A DNA stretch of 64,000 nt from Prevotella sp. (lineage in GTDB: Bacteria; Bacteroidota; Bacteroidia; Bacteroidales; Bacteroidaceae). Numbering within the stretch: position 1 is the first letter of the stretch; each line of letters begins with the position of its first letter. Shown here one piece after another: positions 1 to 9,116 of the stretch. The stretch lies in NCBI GenBank assembly GCA_017474845.1, contig JAFVGS010000016.1, positions 2,303 to 66,302 on the forward strand, read 5' to 3'. The notes beneath the pieces are model-generated. The model saw only the letters and a list, made by a program, of their open reading frames with translations, was not told where the DNA came from and made no database searches. The translations under genes were made by a program, and so were the position numbers.

Positions 1-603
1 GGCAAAATCAACAGCGCTCACGAGCATGGTACGTTCTGGGAAAACGCCCTCACCAACCTGCGATACGGGTTTGAGGTGAACTTCCGGTTCAATGTCTTCA
101 GCGGACGACTGACGCAGTTGCTCTGCCTCTTCATCCTCGGTATGCAGTTAGGCCGGCAGAGGCTCTTCTATAACGAGGGACGAAATCTGCAGATATGGCA
201 TAGCATCCTGATCTGCTCGGCCGTCATCGTCATCGCACTGAGTTTCGTGGATTTCGGCGAGTTGGAATCCTGGCTGAAGCCCATCTACAACTTCATCATC
301 CTGCTGATGATTGTCTCGGCCGTCGTCTCAGCCTGGTATGCCTTCGAGGGCGTCCGCCGGGTGCTCCATCACCTGTGCATCTTCGGCCGCATGAGTCTCA
401 CCAACTATCTGCTCCAGTCCGTCATCGGCTGCGCCATCTTCTGTGGCTACGGCCTGGCCTGCTACCACATTTTAGGCATCACCTACGCCGTCATGGTCGG
501 CTGCGGAATGGTTATTTGTCAGTATCTCTTCGCCCGCTATTGGTTCAGCAGCCATCCCCGCGGACCGTTAGAAGGCCTGTGGAGGAAACTGACCTGGATT
601 TAA
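1..603 (+). CDS. DUF418/YeiB-like membrane protein, 5' partial
   Basis: Frame is open from base 1. GRMSLTNYLLQS and RGPLEGLWRKLT motifs; hydrophobic. Confidence 0.85.
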   Translation, partial: GKINSAHEHGTFWENALTNLRYGFEVNFRFNVFSGRLTQLLCLFILGMQLGRQRLFYNEGRNLQIWHSILICSAVIVIALSFVDFGELESWLKPIYNFIILLMIVSAVVSAWYAFEGVRRVLHHLCIFGRMSLTNYLLQSVIGCAIFCGYGLACYHILGITYAVMVGCGMVICQYLFARYWFSSHPRGPLEGLWRKLTWI

Positions 604-620
604 CAAATGAGAACAGAAGC

Positions 621-1886
621 ATGAAAAAGACTGTTACAACGATTCTGATGGTGCTCGCGGCCACAATGGTTGGGGCGCAGGACCTGACACATTACAAGCG
701 GGTGATCAAGGAACTGAGCAGCGCCAAGTATCAGGGGCGCGGCTATGCCAAGGATGGCGCCAATAAGGCTGGGAAATTTCTTCAGCGAGAATTCGAGAAG
801 GCTGGTGTGGACGAAGTGACGCTACAGCCCTTCAAGCTGGATATCAATACGTTCTGCGGCAAGATGAAGATGTGGGCCGATGGACGGAAGCTGAGGGCTG
901 GTGTGGATTTCTCGATGCGGGAGTATTCGCCTGGCGTAAAGGGCGAGTTCCCCGTCTATCATGTCGATACGCTGAACTACGATGCCGACCGTATGTTTGC
1001 CGACTTGGCCAGGCCAGAATACGCCAACTGCCTCGTGGCTTGCGATTTCTGGTTCACCTACAAGCATCGCAAGGACTTCTCGAAATTACAAAAAGCAGGT
1101 GAGTGCCCGAATGCGGGACTCATCTACACGTGGGAGGCGCCTATTAAGTTTTTCAAGGCATACGGCGAGAAGGTGGTGGACAAGCCCATCATCTGGGTGA
1201 CGCCAGAGGCCATCGAGGGTGTGCAGAGCGTAAAGGCAGATGTCGACAATAAGTTCCTGAAGGACTACGAGTGCAACGTCATTGCCAAGGTCGATGGAGA
1301 GCGCCACGACAGTTGCTACGTCTTCACGGCCCATTACGACCATTTGGGCAATCTGGGCAAGAAGGTATTCTATGCCGGTGCCAACGACAATGCCTCGGGC
1401 ACCGCCGCCATCGTCACCCTCGCTGCCTACTACGCCAAACATCGCCCACCCTACGATATGTATTTCATTGCCTTCTCGGGCGAGGATGCCAACCTGCGCG
1501 GCTCCAATTACTACGTTGAGCATCCCATTGTGCCACTGAGCCAGATCAAATACCTTTTTAATATAGATATGATTGGCGACAACAACCCCGTGCAGTACTG
1601 CGAGGTCAGCGATGAGGGTATGCAAGGCTACAAGCTCTTTGAGAAGATCAATGCGGAGAAGCATCACTTCAAGGCCCTGCATCGCGGCGACCTGGCTGCC
1701 AATAGCGACCACTATCCATTCGCCACGCGCCATGTGCCCTGCATCTTCCTTGAGAATGAGAAAGGCGATGCCTTCCAGTACTACCACACCATCTTCGACA
1801 CGTATCAGACCGTACGTTTCGACAGCTACGAACCTGTGTTCCGACTGGTGCGCGACTTTGTAGAACAGAACCCGATTGAGCGCTAA
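621..1886 (+). CDS. Secreted M28 family metallopeptidase
   Basis: Signal peptide MKKTVTTILMVLAATMVGA; AHYDHLG, GANDNASG, FSGED, NIDMIG, SDH and YHT motifs. The start at 375 is a spurious extension. Confidence 0.9.
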   Translation: MKKTVTTILMVLAATMVGAQDLTHYKRVIKELSSAKYQGRGYAKDGANKAGKFLQREFEKAGVDEVTLQPFKLDINTFCGKMKMWADGRKLRAGVDFSMREYSPGVKGEFPVYHVDTLNYDADRMFADLARPEYANCLVACDFWFTYKHRKDFSKLQKAGECPNAGLIYTWEAPIKFFKAYGEKVVDKPIIWVTPEAIEGVQSVKADVDNKFLKDYECNVIAKVDGERHDSCYVFTAHYDHLGNLGKKVFYAGANDNASGTAAIVTLAAYYAKHRPPYDMYFIAFSGEDANLRGSNYYVEHPIVPLSQIKYLFNIDMIGDNNPVQYCEVSDEGMQGYKLFEKINAEKHHFKALHRGDLAANSDHYPFATRHVPCIFLENEKGDAFQYYHTIFDTYQTVRFDSYEPVFRLVRDFVEQNPIER

Positions 1887-1974
1887 CATCATAAACTATC
1901 CTAAATATGGGTGCAAAAAGCACTAAAAATTCATCAGTTTTTCGTAACTTTGCCGTCAGAATTAATATGATGTA

Positions 1975-3093
1975 ATGATAATGAAGATGCAAGAGATTAG
2001 CTACAAAGCGGCTGCCTTCGCCGCCATCCTTTTTTTCGGCGCATGCGTTTTTACAGCTTGTTCGAAAGACGATGACAAAGAGGTTTTGGGAGTCGACACG
2101 ACAAAACGCGTCGATAATTACAAGGAGATGGAGAATCTGGTGGTATCACAGCCTTTCTCCCAACTCCAGGGAGTAAGCGTCGGTAATGCGCAGGACAACG
2201 ATGCCAAGACGGGCGTGACGGTGTTCTTTTTCCCCAAGGCTTCGATGGCCTCGGCGGTAGTCCTGGGTGGCGGACCAGCATCGCGCGAGGTGCCTCTTTT
2301 GGACCCTCAGCGCAACACACAGCCTCTCAACGCATTGGTTTTCAGCGGCGGTTCGGCATACGGTTTGGCGGCTTCCGACGGCGTGGCCTACTGTCTGGAA
2401 GAACATGGCAATGGCTATAACACGGGCTTCGGACTGGTTCCCATCGTATGTCAGAGTTGCATCTTCGACCTGTCATACGGCAAGGGTAACGTCCGCCCCG
2501 ACCGCGAAATGGGCTATCAGGCATGCCAGAACGCCATCGCCGGCAACTCGCCACTCAGCGGTAATGTAGGTGCCGGCACGGGGGCCACCGTGGGTAAGCC
2601 CGGCGGCATGGCCACGGCCCAGAAGAGCGGTATTGGCTATGCCGCAGCACGTCTTGGACGACTGGAAGTGGGCGTGGCCGTCATCGTCAATGCCCCGGGC
2701 GACATCTTCCAGGACGGTGTGAAGATAGCAGGCATGACCACCGCCGACCGCAAGGGCTTCATGAGTGCCGAACAGGCATTGCTCATGAACCAATATTCCG
2801 ACCTGATAGCAGGCAACACGACCATAGCAGCCGTGTTCACCAACGCCAGCCTGAGCGTGGCCGACCTGCAGAAAGTGGCAAACATCGCCTCAACAGGCAT
2901 GGCGCGCTGCATACGTCCTGTGTTCACCATGGCCGATGGCGACACCGTCTATGCCATATCCCTCAGCGGCGGTGATGTCCAGTCGGATGTCAACACCATT
3001 GGTGTGCTGGCCTCGCTGGTGATGGAGAAGGCCATTGCCGATGCCATCCTCTCCAGCAAGATAACCGAAGAGGAGTATCTCGCCAATATTTAA
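1975..3093 (+). CDS. P1/S58 (DmpA/NylC-like) Ntn peptidase, lipoprotein
   Basis: GGGPASRE, SGGSAYGL, GNVGAGTGA, GNTT and DGDT motifs; lipobox FTAC. TAACTTTG promoter element at 1945. Confidence 0.88.
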   Translation: MIMKMQEISYKAAAFAAILFFGACVFTACSKDDDKEVLGVDTTKRVDNYKEMENLVVSQPFSQLQGVSVGNAQDNDAKTGVTVFFFPKASMASAVVLGGGPASREVPLLDPQRNTQPLNALVFSGGSAYGLAASDGVAYCLEEHGNGYNTGFGLVPIVCQSCIFDLSYGKGNVRPDREMGYQACQNAIAGNSPLSGNVGAGTGATVGKPGGMATAQKSGIGYAAARLGRLEVGVAVIVNAPGDIFQDGVKIAGMTTADRKGFMSAEQALLMNQYSDLIAGNTTIAAVFTNASLSVADLQKVANIASTGMARCIRPVFTMADGDTVYAISLSGGDVQSDVNTIGVLASLVMEKAIADAILSSKITEEEYLANI

Positions 3094-3137
3094 TATGGTT
3101 TCACCCCTGTATTCAGATATTAATCCACAAAAACTAA

Positions 3138-4070
3138 ATGATTATGATGAAGTTCAAGAGATGGCATTTCAGTCTCATGGCAACGTTGGGCGTGCTGCCC
3201 CTTTCGGCACAAAGTAACGGAACTCGGCAAAGCCAAGGTATTGATATCGTTGCAGAGGGGGAAACCCCTGTGAGAATCTCTGATTCGTATAGCTTTACAG
3301 AAGGACCCGCGGCCGACGCCAGGGGTGATGTCTACTTCACTGACCAGCCCAACAACAGGATTTACCGTTGGAACTGCGAATCTGGAGAGATAACCCTGTT
3401 CACAGATGAGAGCGGTCGCTCTAACGGATTGTACTTCGATGCCCAAGGCAACTTGATAGCCTGCGCAGACATGGACAATCAGCTCTGGCGTTTCGATATG
3501 ATAGGTCATTCCGAGATACTGATATCTGACTATCGCGGGAAATTGCTGAACGGTCCCAACGACGTATGGATCTCGAAGGACGGAAGCTATTATCTGACTG
3601 ACCCTTATTTCAAGAGAGACTATTGGACGCGCGACCCAAAGCGCCAGCAGCCTGTAGAGGGTTTGTATTATCTGGCGCCTGGAGGCAAACAGCTGGTCAT
3701 GCTTGACTCAACGCTTAACCAGCCTAATGGTCTTGTCGGAACGCCAGACGGAAAACATCTGTATGTGGCCGAGGCAAAGGCCAACAGAATCCTGAGATAC
3801 GACATTCAGCCAGATGGTTCCCTCTCGAACCGCCAGGTGTTTGCCGACATGGGGTCTGACGGGATGACAATCGACGACCGTGGGAACATCTATCTGACAG
3901 GCGACGGTGTGACCGTATTCGACAAGAACGGCCAGAAGATTGCCCATTTCCCCATTCCCGAGGACTGGACAGCCAATGTTTGTTTTGGCGGAAAAGAGCG
4001 TAACGTCCTGTTTATTACCGCCTCAAAGTCCGTCTATACCTTGAACATGCTGGTTCATGGGGTCAGGTGA
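3138..4070 (+). CDS. SMP-30/gluconolactonase family protein, secreted
   Basis: FTEGP, NGPNDV, PNGL and SDGM motifs; signal peptide. Confidence 0.9.
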   Translation: MIMMKFKRWHFSLMATLGVLPLSAQSNGTRQSQGIDIVAEGETPVRISDSYSFTEGPAADARGDVYFTDQPNNRIYRWNCESGEITLFTDESGRSNGLYFDAQGNLIACADMDNQLWRFDMIGHSEILISDYRGKLLNGPNDVWISKDGSYYLTDPYFKRDYWTRDPKRQQPVEGLYYLAPGGKQLVMLDSTLNQPNGLVGTPDGKHLYVAEAKANRILRYDIQPDGSLSNRQVFADMGSDGMTIDDRGNIYLTGDGVTVFDKNGQKIAHFPIPEDWTANVCFGGKERNVLFITASKSVYTLNMLVHGVR

Positions 4071-4076
4071 TGATTT

Positions 4077-5030
4077 CTACTTCACGCCGTCACGATAGAA
4101 GAAATATCCCTTGCGCAACCTGATGGGACCTTCGTAGCCTTTGCTGGCCAGACGGTGGCTGATGGAACAGTCGCCCACCAGGTCGCCATTCTGGTCAAGA
4201 TGGAGGAACAGACGGATCTGGTTCTCTGGAGCCAGCTCGTCGTCGGCAGCCTCGTTCGCCTCAGTCACAGTCAGGTGCTCGCCGTCGAAAGTGATCGTTG
4301 TCTTGTCGAAGCCATACATGCGATAGACATCACACTGCCTTGCCTTTAGTCCCTTGTCAGTCATCTCCAGATCCAGTAACAGCTCAGGACAGTTCTCCCC
4401 TACCCAACCCCAGTCGCCGGCAAGCGTCTTTGCCTTCTCATGAGCCTCCTTGCCTTGTTTGATGAAACGACGCAGAGAAGCCTTGTCGTCATTACCGCTG
4501 GGCGAAGGGTTGAAATCGTCGATATACCAGTCATCGCGTTCAAAACGCAAGGCAATAGTGTTTTCCGTATCGCTGAAATTGTGGATGATCATATCAACGA
4601 GCGCCGTAGAGTCTGTGACATGATAGACCTTCGCCACCTTGTAGCTCCAGTCATCAGAGATATCCTGCCCGCAGACCCAATAATCGTAGTCGTAAAGGAT
4701 GTCACCCGTCTCGTCGCAGATTTCCAAGGCCTCCTGCATCAGGGCATAGTAACGCTCGGAACAGTAGGCGCTGTCGAGATTGAAAGGGCTATAATTATAA
4801 TCCCGGTTTCCTTCGGCATCATAAGTAATCTTGCCTACGAACTTGTAGATGGTGTCGATGCGCTGACGGATATAGGCCTCCGAGTGCTTGTCTACAGCCT
4901 CATCATGAAGGGAGTCGACAGCCGGAGAGTCTGTAACACTTACTGTCTTTGCCGTCTTGTTGCCGCAAGCGACTACTAAGCAGGCAGCCACCATAGATAA
5001 AAGAAAACCGTATCGGAATCTCATACTCAT
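4077..5030 (-). CDS. Lipoprotein with DUF3828-like N-terminal domain
   Basis: Lipobox VVAC; DYDYWVCGQD and ERDDWYIDDF motifs; own promoter element near 5053-5061. Confidence 0.6.
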   Translation of the reverse strand: MSMRFRYGFLLSMVAACLVVACGNKTAKTVSVTDSPAVDSLHDEAVDKHSEAYIRQRIDTIYKFVGKITYDAEGNRDYNYSPFNLDSAYCSERYYALMQEALEICDETGDILYDYDYWVCGQDISDDWSYKVAKVYHVTDSTALVDMIIHNFSDTENTIALRFERDDWYIDDFNPSPSGNDDKASLRRFIKQGKEAHEKAKTLAGDWGWVGENCPELLLDLEMTDKGLKARQCDVYRMYGFDKTTITFDGEHLTVTEANEAADDELAPENQIRLFLHLDQNGDLVGDCSISHRLASKGYEGPIRLRKGYFFYRDGVK

Positions 5031-5116
5031 ATAAACTTTTGTTAATATTGAGGGCAAAGTTACATATTATTGGTTAGAAATGAGTAACTTTGGCCTCAGA
5101 TTTAATAAGATTTAGT

Positions 5117-6001
5117 ATGATTGACCAGATGAAAGAAGGCTTCATCATCGGAGGGGGCCTCATCGCTGCAGGATTGGCGTTGCAACTGAGCATTGGTCCG
5201 GTTGTATGGGAGACCTTTGCGTGGCCTGCCAACGGTATCGTGCTGGCGGCATTCCTGTCCCTCATCGCCGTCATGTTCATGCTGCAGAAACAGGTCTACG
5301 TCTTCAGGTTCATCGGCACGTATCAGGCAGCGATTCCGGCGATGGTATATGCCGTTGTGCTGACGATCATCATGGGACTCACGCGTCAGAAGGCAGGCGG
5401 CACGTGGCTGAACGACATGCTTTCGTTCTGGCCGTTCGTGCTCGTCTATGTGTATATCGCCGTGATTCTCGGCCTCACCATCCTCCGCAGGATACGCAAC
5501 ACTCGGTGCACCGTGCACCATCTGAAGCGTGACGTGCCTTTTATGCTGAATCACGTCGGCCTATTTCTCGCCCTCACTACAGCTACGCTCGGCAATGCCG
5601 ACATGCAGCGGGTAAAGATGATCACCGCCGTCGGAGAGCCTGAGTGGCGGGCGCTGACGCAGGAGGGGACCGTTAAGGAGATGCCGCTGGCCATCGAACT
5701 GAAGCGTTTCATCATGGAGACCTACGACGACGGCTCGCCCAAGCGCTTTGCCTCAGAAATCCAGATCCTGACTAAGACGGGCAAGAACATCGCGACCACC
5801 GTCGACGTGAACAAGCCCTGCGAGGTGGACGGCTGGAAGATCTATCAGTACGGCTACGACACGCAGATGGGTGCCCAGAGCCAGATATCGATACTGGAAC
5901 TGGTGAGCGACCCCTGGCTACCGCTGGTCTACACGGGAATCTACATGATGCTGGCGGGAGCCGTTTGCATGTTTATCTTTGGTGGAGTTAGAAGAAGATA
6001 G
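5117..6001 (+). CDS. Cytochrome c biogenesis protein, ResB/Ccs1-like
   Basis: Multiple TM segments, FMLNHVG His, VNKP..GWKIYQYGY, DPW..VY.GI; adjacent to ccsA. Confidence 0.8.
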   Translation: MIDQMKEGFIIGGGLIAAGLALQLSIGPVVWETFAWPANGIVLAAFLSLIAVMFMLQKQVYVFRFIGTYQAAIPAMVYAVVLTIIMGLTRQKAGGTWLNDMLSFWPFVLVYVYIAVILGLTILRRIRNTRCTVHHLKRDVPFMLNHVGLFLALTTATLGNADMQRVKMITAVGEPEWRALTQEGTVKEMPLAIELKRFIMETYDDGSPKRFASEIQILTKTGKNIATTVDVNKPCEVDGWKIYQYGYDTQMGAQSQISILELVSDPWLPLVYTGIYMMLAGAVCMFIFGGVRRR

Positions 6002-6033
6002 AGGAAGTTAGAAGAAGTTAAAGGACAATAGTT

Positions 6034-6840
6034 ATGAGTTGGGAGTATTTCATATATTTCGCGATCACATCGGTGCTGCTGTGGGCAGTGGGAGCCTATG
6101 CCGCGTGGCGCAACAAGACGGGCTTCGCCTATACCACCACCGTGCTGGGACTGTTGGTATTCTTCGCCTTCATCCTCTTGATGTGGATATCACTTGAGCG
6201 TCCACCATTGCGCACGATGGGCGAGACGCGGCTCTGGTATTCGCTGTTCCTGCCATTAGCGGGACTTATCGTCTACTCGCGCTGGAAGTACAAGTGGATA
6301 CTATCGTTCTCGGCCATCCTTGCCCTGGTGTTCATCTGCGTGAACCTCTTCAAGCCGGAGATCCACGACAAGACGCTGATGCCCGCCCTGCAGAGCCCTT
6401 GGTTCGCCCCTCATGTCATCGTCTACATGTTCGCCTACGCCGTACTTGGTGCCGCAGCGGTGATGGCCCTGTTTCTTTTGTTCAGGACGAATTCCCTCAC
6501 CTTATACATCTCACCGCTTACCTCAGAAATGGACATTGCCGACAATCTCGTCTATGTAGGCCTTGCGTTCCTCACCATCGGCATGCTTTTCGGCGCCCTC
6601 TGGGCCAAGGAAGCCTGGGGGCACTACTGGTCGTGGGATCCCAAGGAAACGTGGGCTGCCATCACCTGGCTCGCCTACCTCATCTACGTCCACTACCGCC
6701 AGCTCCCCCGTCAGCGCGAGCGTCTGGCCCTTGGGATGCTCATCGTCGCCTTCATCCTGCTTCAGATGTGCTGGTGGGGCATCAATTATCTGCCCTCCGC
6801 ACAAGGCTCAAGTGTCCACACCTACAGCACGAGCGGATAA
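6034..6840 (+). CDS. ccsA: Cytochrome c biogenesis protein CcsA
   Basis: WWD motif WGHYWSWDPKETW; PALQSPWFAPHV; C-terminal HTY. Confidence 0.92.
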   Translation: MSWEYFIYFAITSVLLWAVGAYAAWRNKTGFAYTTTVLGLLVFFAFILLMWISLERPPLRTMGETRLWYSLFLPLAGLIVYSRWKYKWILSFSAILALVFICVNLFKPEIHDKTLMPALQSPWFAPHVIVYMFAYAVLGAAAVMALFLLFRTNSLTLYISPLTSEMDIADNLVYVGLAFLTIGMLFGALWAKEAWGHYWSWDPKETWAAITWLAYLIYVHYRQLPRQRERLALGMLIVAFILLQMCWWGINYLPSAQGSSVHTYSTSG

Positions 6841-7033
6841 ATCGCCACACTACATGCAATATAGGCAATCATTCTGAAACCTGCAAGAATTTGCCAAATT
6901 ATCTTTCGATATGGACAAGTTTTGAAGGGGTTTGCCTGATTTGTCGCCTTTAGGGGCGATTGTCGCTATAAGTTGGGGAAATAAAGGCTGAAATGTTTGC
7001 AATGACACGAAATATAATCTAACTTTGCATCAG

Positions 7034-7143
7034 AATTAAGATTCACGCAAAGATAGTTTAGTTTGTTTTGTTCATATTGCTTTTAGGTTTGTTATTGGTT
7101 TATGACTGCTTAGGACTCGCAGGGATGCGAGCCCTAAGTCTTT
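7034..7143 (+). ncRNA. Candidate small RNA
   Basis: TAACTTTG -7 element at 7020-7027; U/G-rich body with no ORF; hairpin 7109-7138 with GGGA loop followed by TCTTT. Ends are approximate. Confidence 0.55.
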
Positions 7144-7174
7144 ATGTAACGGCACGAAACAGTTAACCTTCTCG

Positions 7175-7882
7175 TTAAATCACAGAGAAGGCTACATCCA
7201 TCATGTGAGTGAAGTTGTTCTGGCGTTCCTCAGCGGTAGTCACCTCTCCAGTCAGGATATGGTCGGAGATGGTGCAGATGCCCAGGGCGCGGTTGCCAGA
7301 GCGGGCCGCATTCATATAGAGGGCGGCAATCTCCATCTCCACGGCCAGCACACCCATCGAGATCCACTTGTCGTTGTGGGCATTCTCTGAATAGAACACA
7401 TCCGAGGTGAAGACATTGCCCACCTTGTAGCGATAGCCGAAACGCTCGCACGACTCAGCGGCAGCTCTGACGAGACTGAAATCGGCTATGGGCGCAAAGG
7501 TGCCTGGGAGTTCGAACTGACTGGCGTAGTTGCTGTTGGTGCAGGCACCCATCGCGATGGCGAGGTCGCCGATGTGCAGGTCGTTGTTGATGGAACCTGC
7601 CGAACCCACGCGGATGATGGTCTTCACGCCATAGAAGTTGTACAGTTCATAGCTGTAGATGCCGATGGATGGCATACCCATACCGTGACCCATCACACTG
7701 ACGCGCTTGCCCTTGTAAGTGCCCGTATAGCCAAGCATGCCTCGGACATTGTTGAACTGGACAGCATCGTCGAGGAACTTCTCGGCCATGAGTTTCACAC
7801 GCAGCGGATCGCCCGCCATAATCACAGTCTCGGCGATGTCGCCATACTGAGCACTGATGTGGGGAGTTGGAGTATTGTTCAT
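7175..7882 (-). CDS. deoD: Purine nucleoside phosphorylase
   Basis: TPHI, GDPLR, GHGMGMPS, RVGSAG and VEME motifs. Confidence 0.95.
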   Translation of the reverse strand: MNNTPTPHISAQYGDIAETVIMAGDPLRVKLMAEKFLDDAVQFNNVRGMLGYTGTYKGKRVSVMGHGMGMPSIGIYSYELYNFYGVKTIIRVGSAGSINNDLHIGDLAIAMGACTNSNYASQFELPGTFAPIADFSLVRAAAESCERFGYRYKVGNVFTSDVFYSENAHNDKWISMGVLAVEMEIAALYMNAARSGNRALGICTISDHILTGEVTTAEERQNNFTHMMDVAFSVI

Positions 7883-7898
7883 AATGGAAAATGGATAA

Positions 7899-9116
7899 TT
7901 ATTTAATGATCGCGTCTTCTTTCTTGATGTAGAGGTTGTCATGGGCCGTCTTCAGGAGATAGTAGCCCTGGTATTCTTCAAAGTGGTCGCCCAGGATAGT
8001 GCCCTTCTTGACAGTTGCAAAAAGGGGATAGTCATCTGCATCGGCATAGTTCTCGCCGTAGAGAGGCGTATGGTCCCGTGCGGCAACAAGTTTCTGGCCA
8101 CCCTTGCCGTCGTACCACGTCTGGCTGCCCATATATTTCGTAAAGACCCAGCCTGTGACATCGCCCACGCTGACCTTGCTCCATTTCTCGCCTTTCTCGC
8201 GCAGCACGCCAGAACCCATGCCGTGAGACTGCATCCAGAGCTTAGCGAGGATTTCGCCATTGGTGGAGGGTTGGGAACGCACGTTCAGGAAACCATCATT
8301 GGAAGTGGCATAGACAACCGTGAGGACTTCAGGCTCAGCGCTGGCAGCAGCCGCCGGTTTCTTCACGCCACCGACAACGGTGTAGGCATAGAGGTTGTTG
8401 TTATAATCGACGACATAGAGGTATTCGCGACCGTTCTTCTCCTGCAACTCCATGTACTCCACCTTGTAGACCATCGGTATCTTGCTGTACATCTGCCCCG
8501 TCTGCTTGTCAAGCATGAAAAGGAACTTCTTCTCAGAAGTGAAGCCGTAGGAACAGAAGACAAAGTGACGGTCGAGGATGAAGATGTCGTTGCTCACCAA
8601 ATAGTCCGTCTCCCAGACGATGCGACCGCTCTCCACGTTGTAGCTATAAAGCTTGCTGCCCTTGCCGTTGACGCCTGAAGCATACGACGGACAGGCCATA
8701 TTGAAGAGCAGGTTGTGGTTGTCGGCATCCCAGCGCACGTCCTGCACCTCGCAGTAGCGGTTGTTGCTGACGTCACAGAGGTTGATGGTGGCCGTCGGCT
8801 GCTTGTCGTGATTATAGAGCACCACCACGAAGTTGTATTCATTGGCACTCGTCGGAAGACGGTAGAAGGCGAGCCATCCGATGTCGATGGGCTCGGAGAT
8901 GAAGAGTTCAAGGCCTTGTGTCTCTGGGACTTGAGGAAGGTCGTCACACTTCTTATCCACTCTCAGACGATACATATAGCCGTTAGGCTTGTTCTTGGTT
9001 GACACATCGGTTGACGCCCAATTGGTGCCAAAACGGTTGAAGGCTACCAGACGCTGTGCTTGCACTGCGCCAAGCGACAGCAAGGAGGCCATAAAGCAGA
9101 ACAGGATCTTTTTCAT
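7899..9116 (-). CDS. Secreted protein with beta-rich N-terminal domain and C-terminal SH3b-like domain(s)
   Basis: Signal peptide; DGFLNVRSQPST...W..V...GWV SH3_3-like pattern. Confidence 0.65.
   Translation of the reverse strand: MKKILFCFMASLLSLGAVQAQRLVAFNRFGTNWASTDVSTKNKPNGYMYRLRVDKKCDDLPQVPETQGLELFISEPIDIGWLAFYRLPTSANEYNFVVVLYNHDKQPTATINLCDVSNNRYCEVQDVRWDADNHNLLFNMACPSYASGVNGKGSKLYSYNVESGRIVWETDYLVSNDIFILDRHFVFCSYGFTSEKKFLFMLDKQTGQMYSKIPMVYKVEYMELQEKNGREYLYVVDYNNNLYAYTVVGGVKKPAAAASAEPEVLTVVYATSNDGFLNVRSQPSTNGEILAKLWMQSHGMGSGVLREKGEKWSKVSVGDVTGWVFTKYMGSQTWYDGKGGQKLVAARDHTPLYGENYADADDYPLFATVKKGTILGDHFEEYQGYYLLKTAHDNLYIKKEDAIIK

Noticed and set aside
375-620. His/Arg-rich N-terminal extension of the M28 peptidase
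   Set aside because: It is an alternate frame of the DUF418 gene; the signal peptide starts at 621.
6938-6966. TTGTCGC direct repeat and small hairpin upstream of the sRNA promoter
   Set aside because: Too short to distinguish from chance without comparative data.
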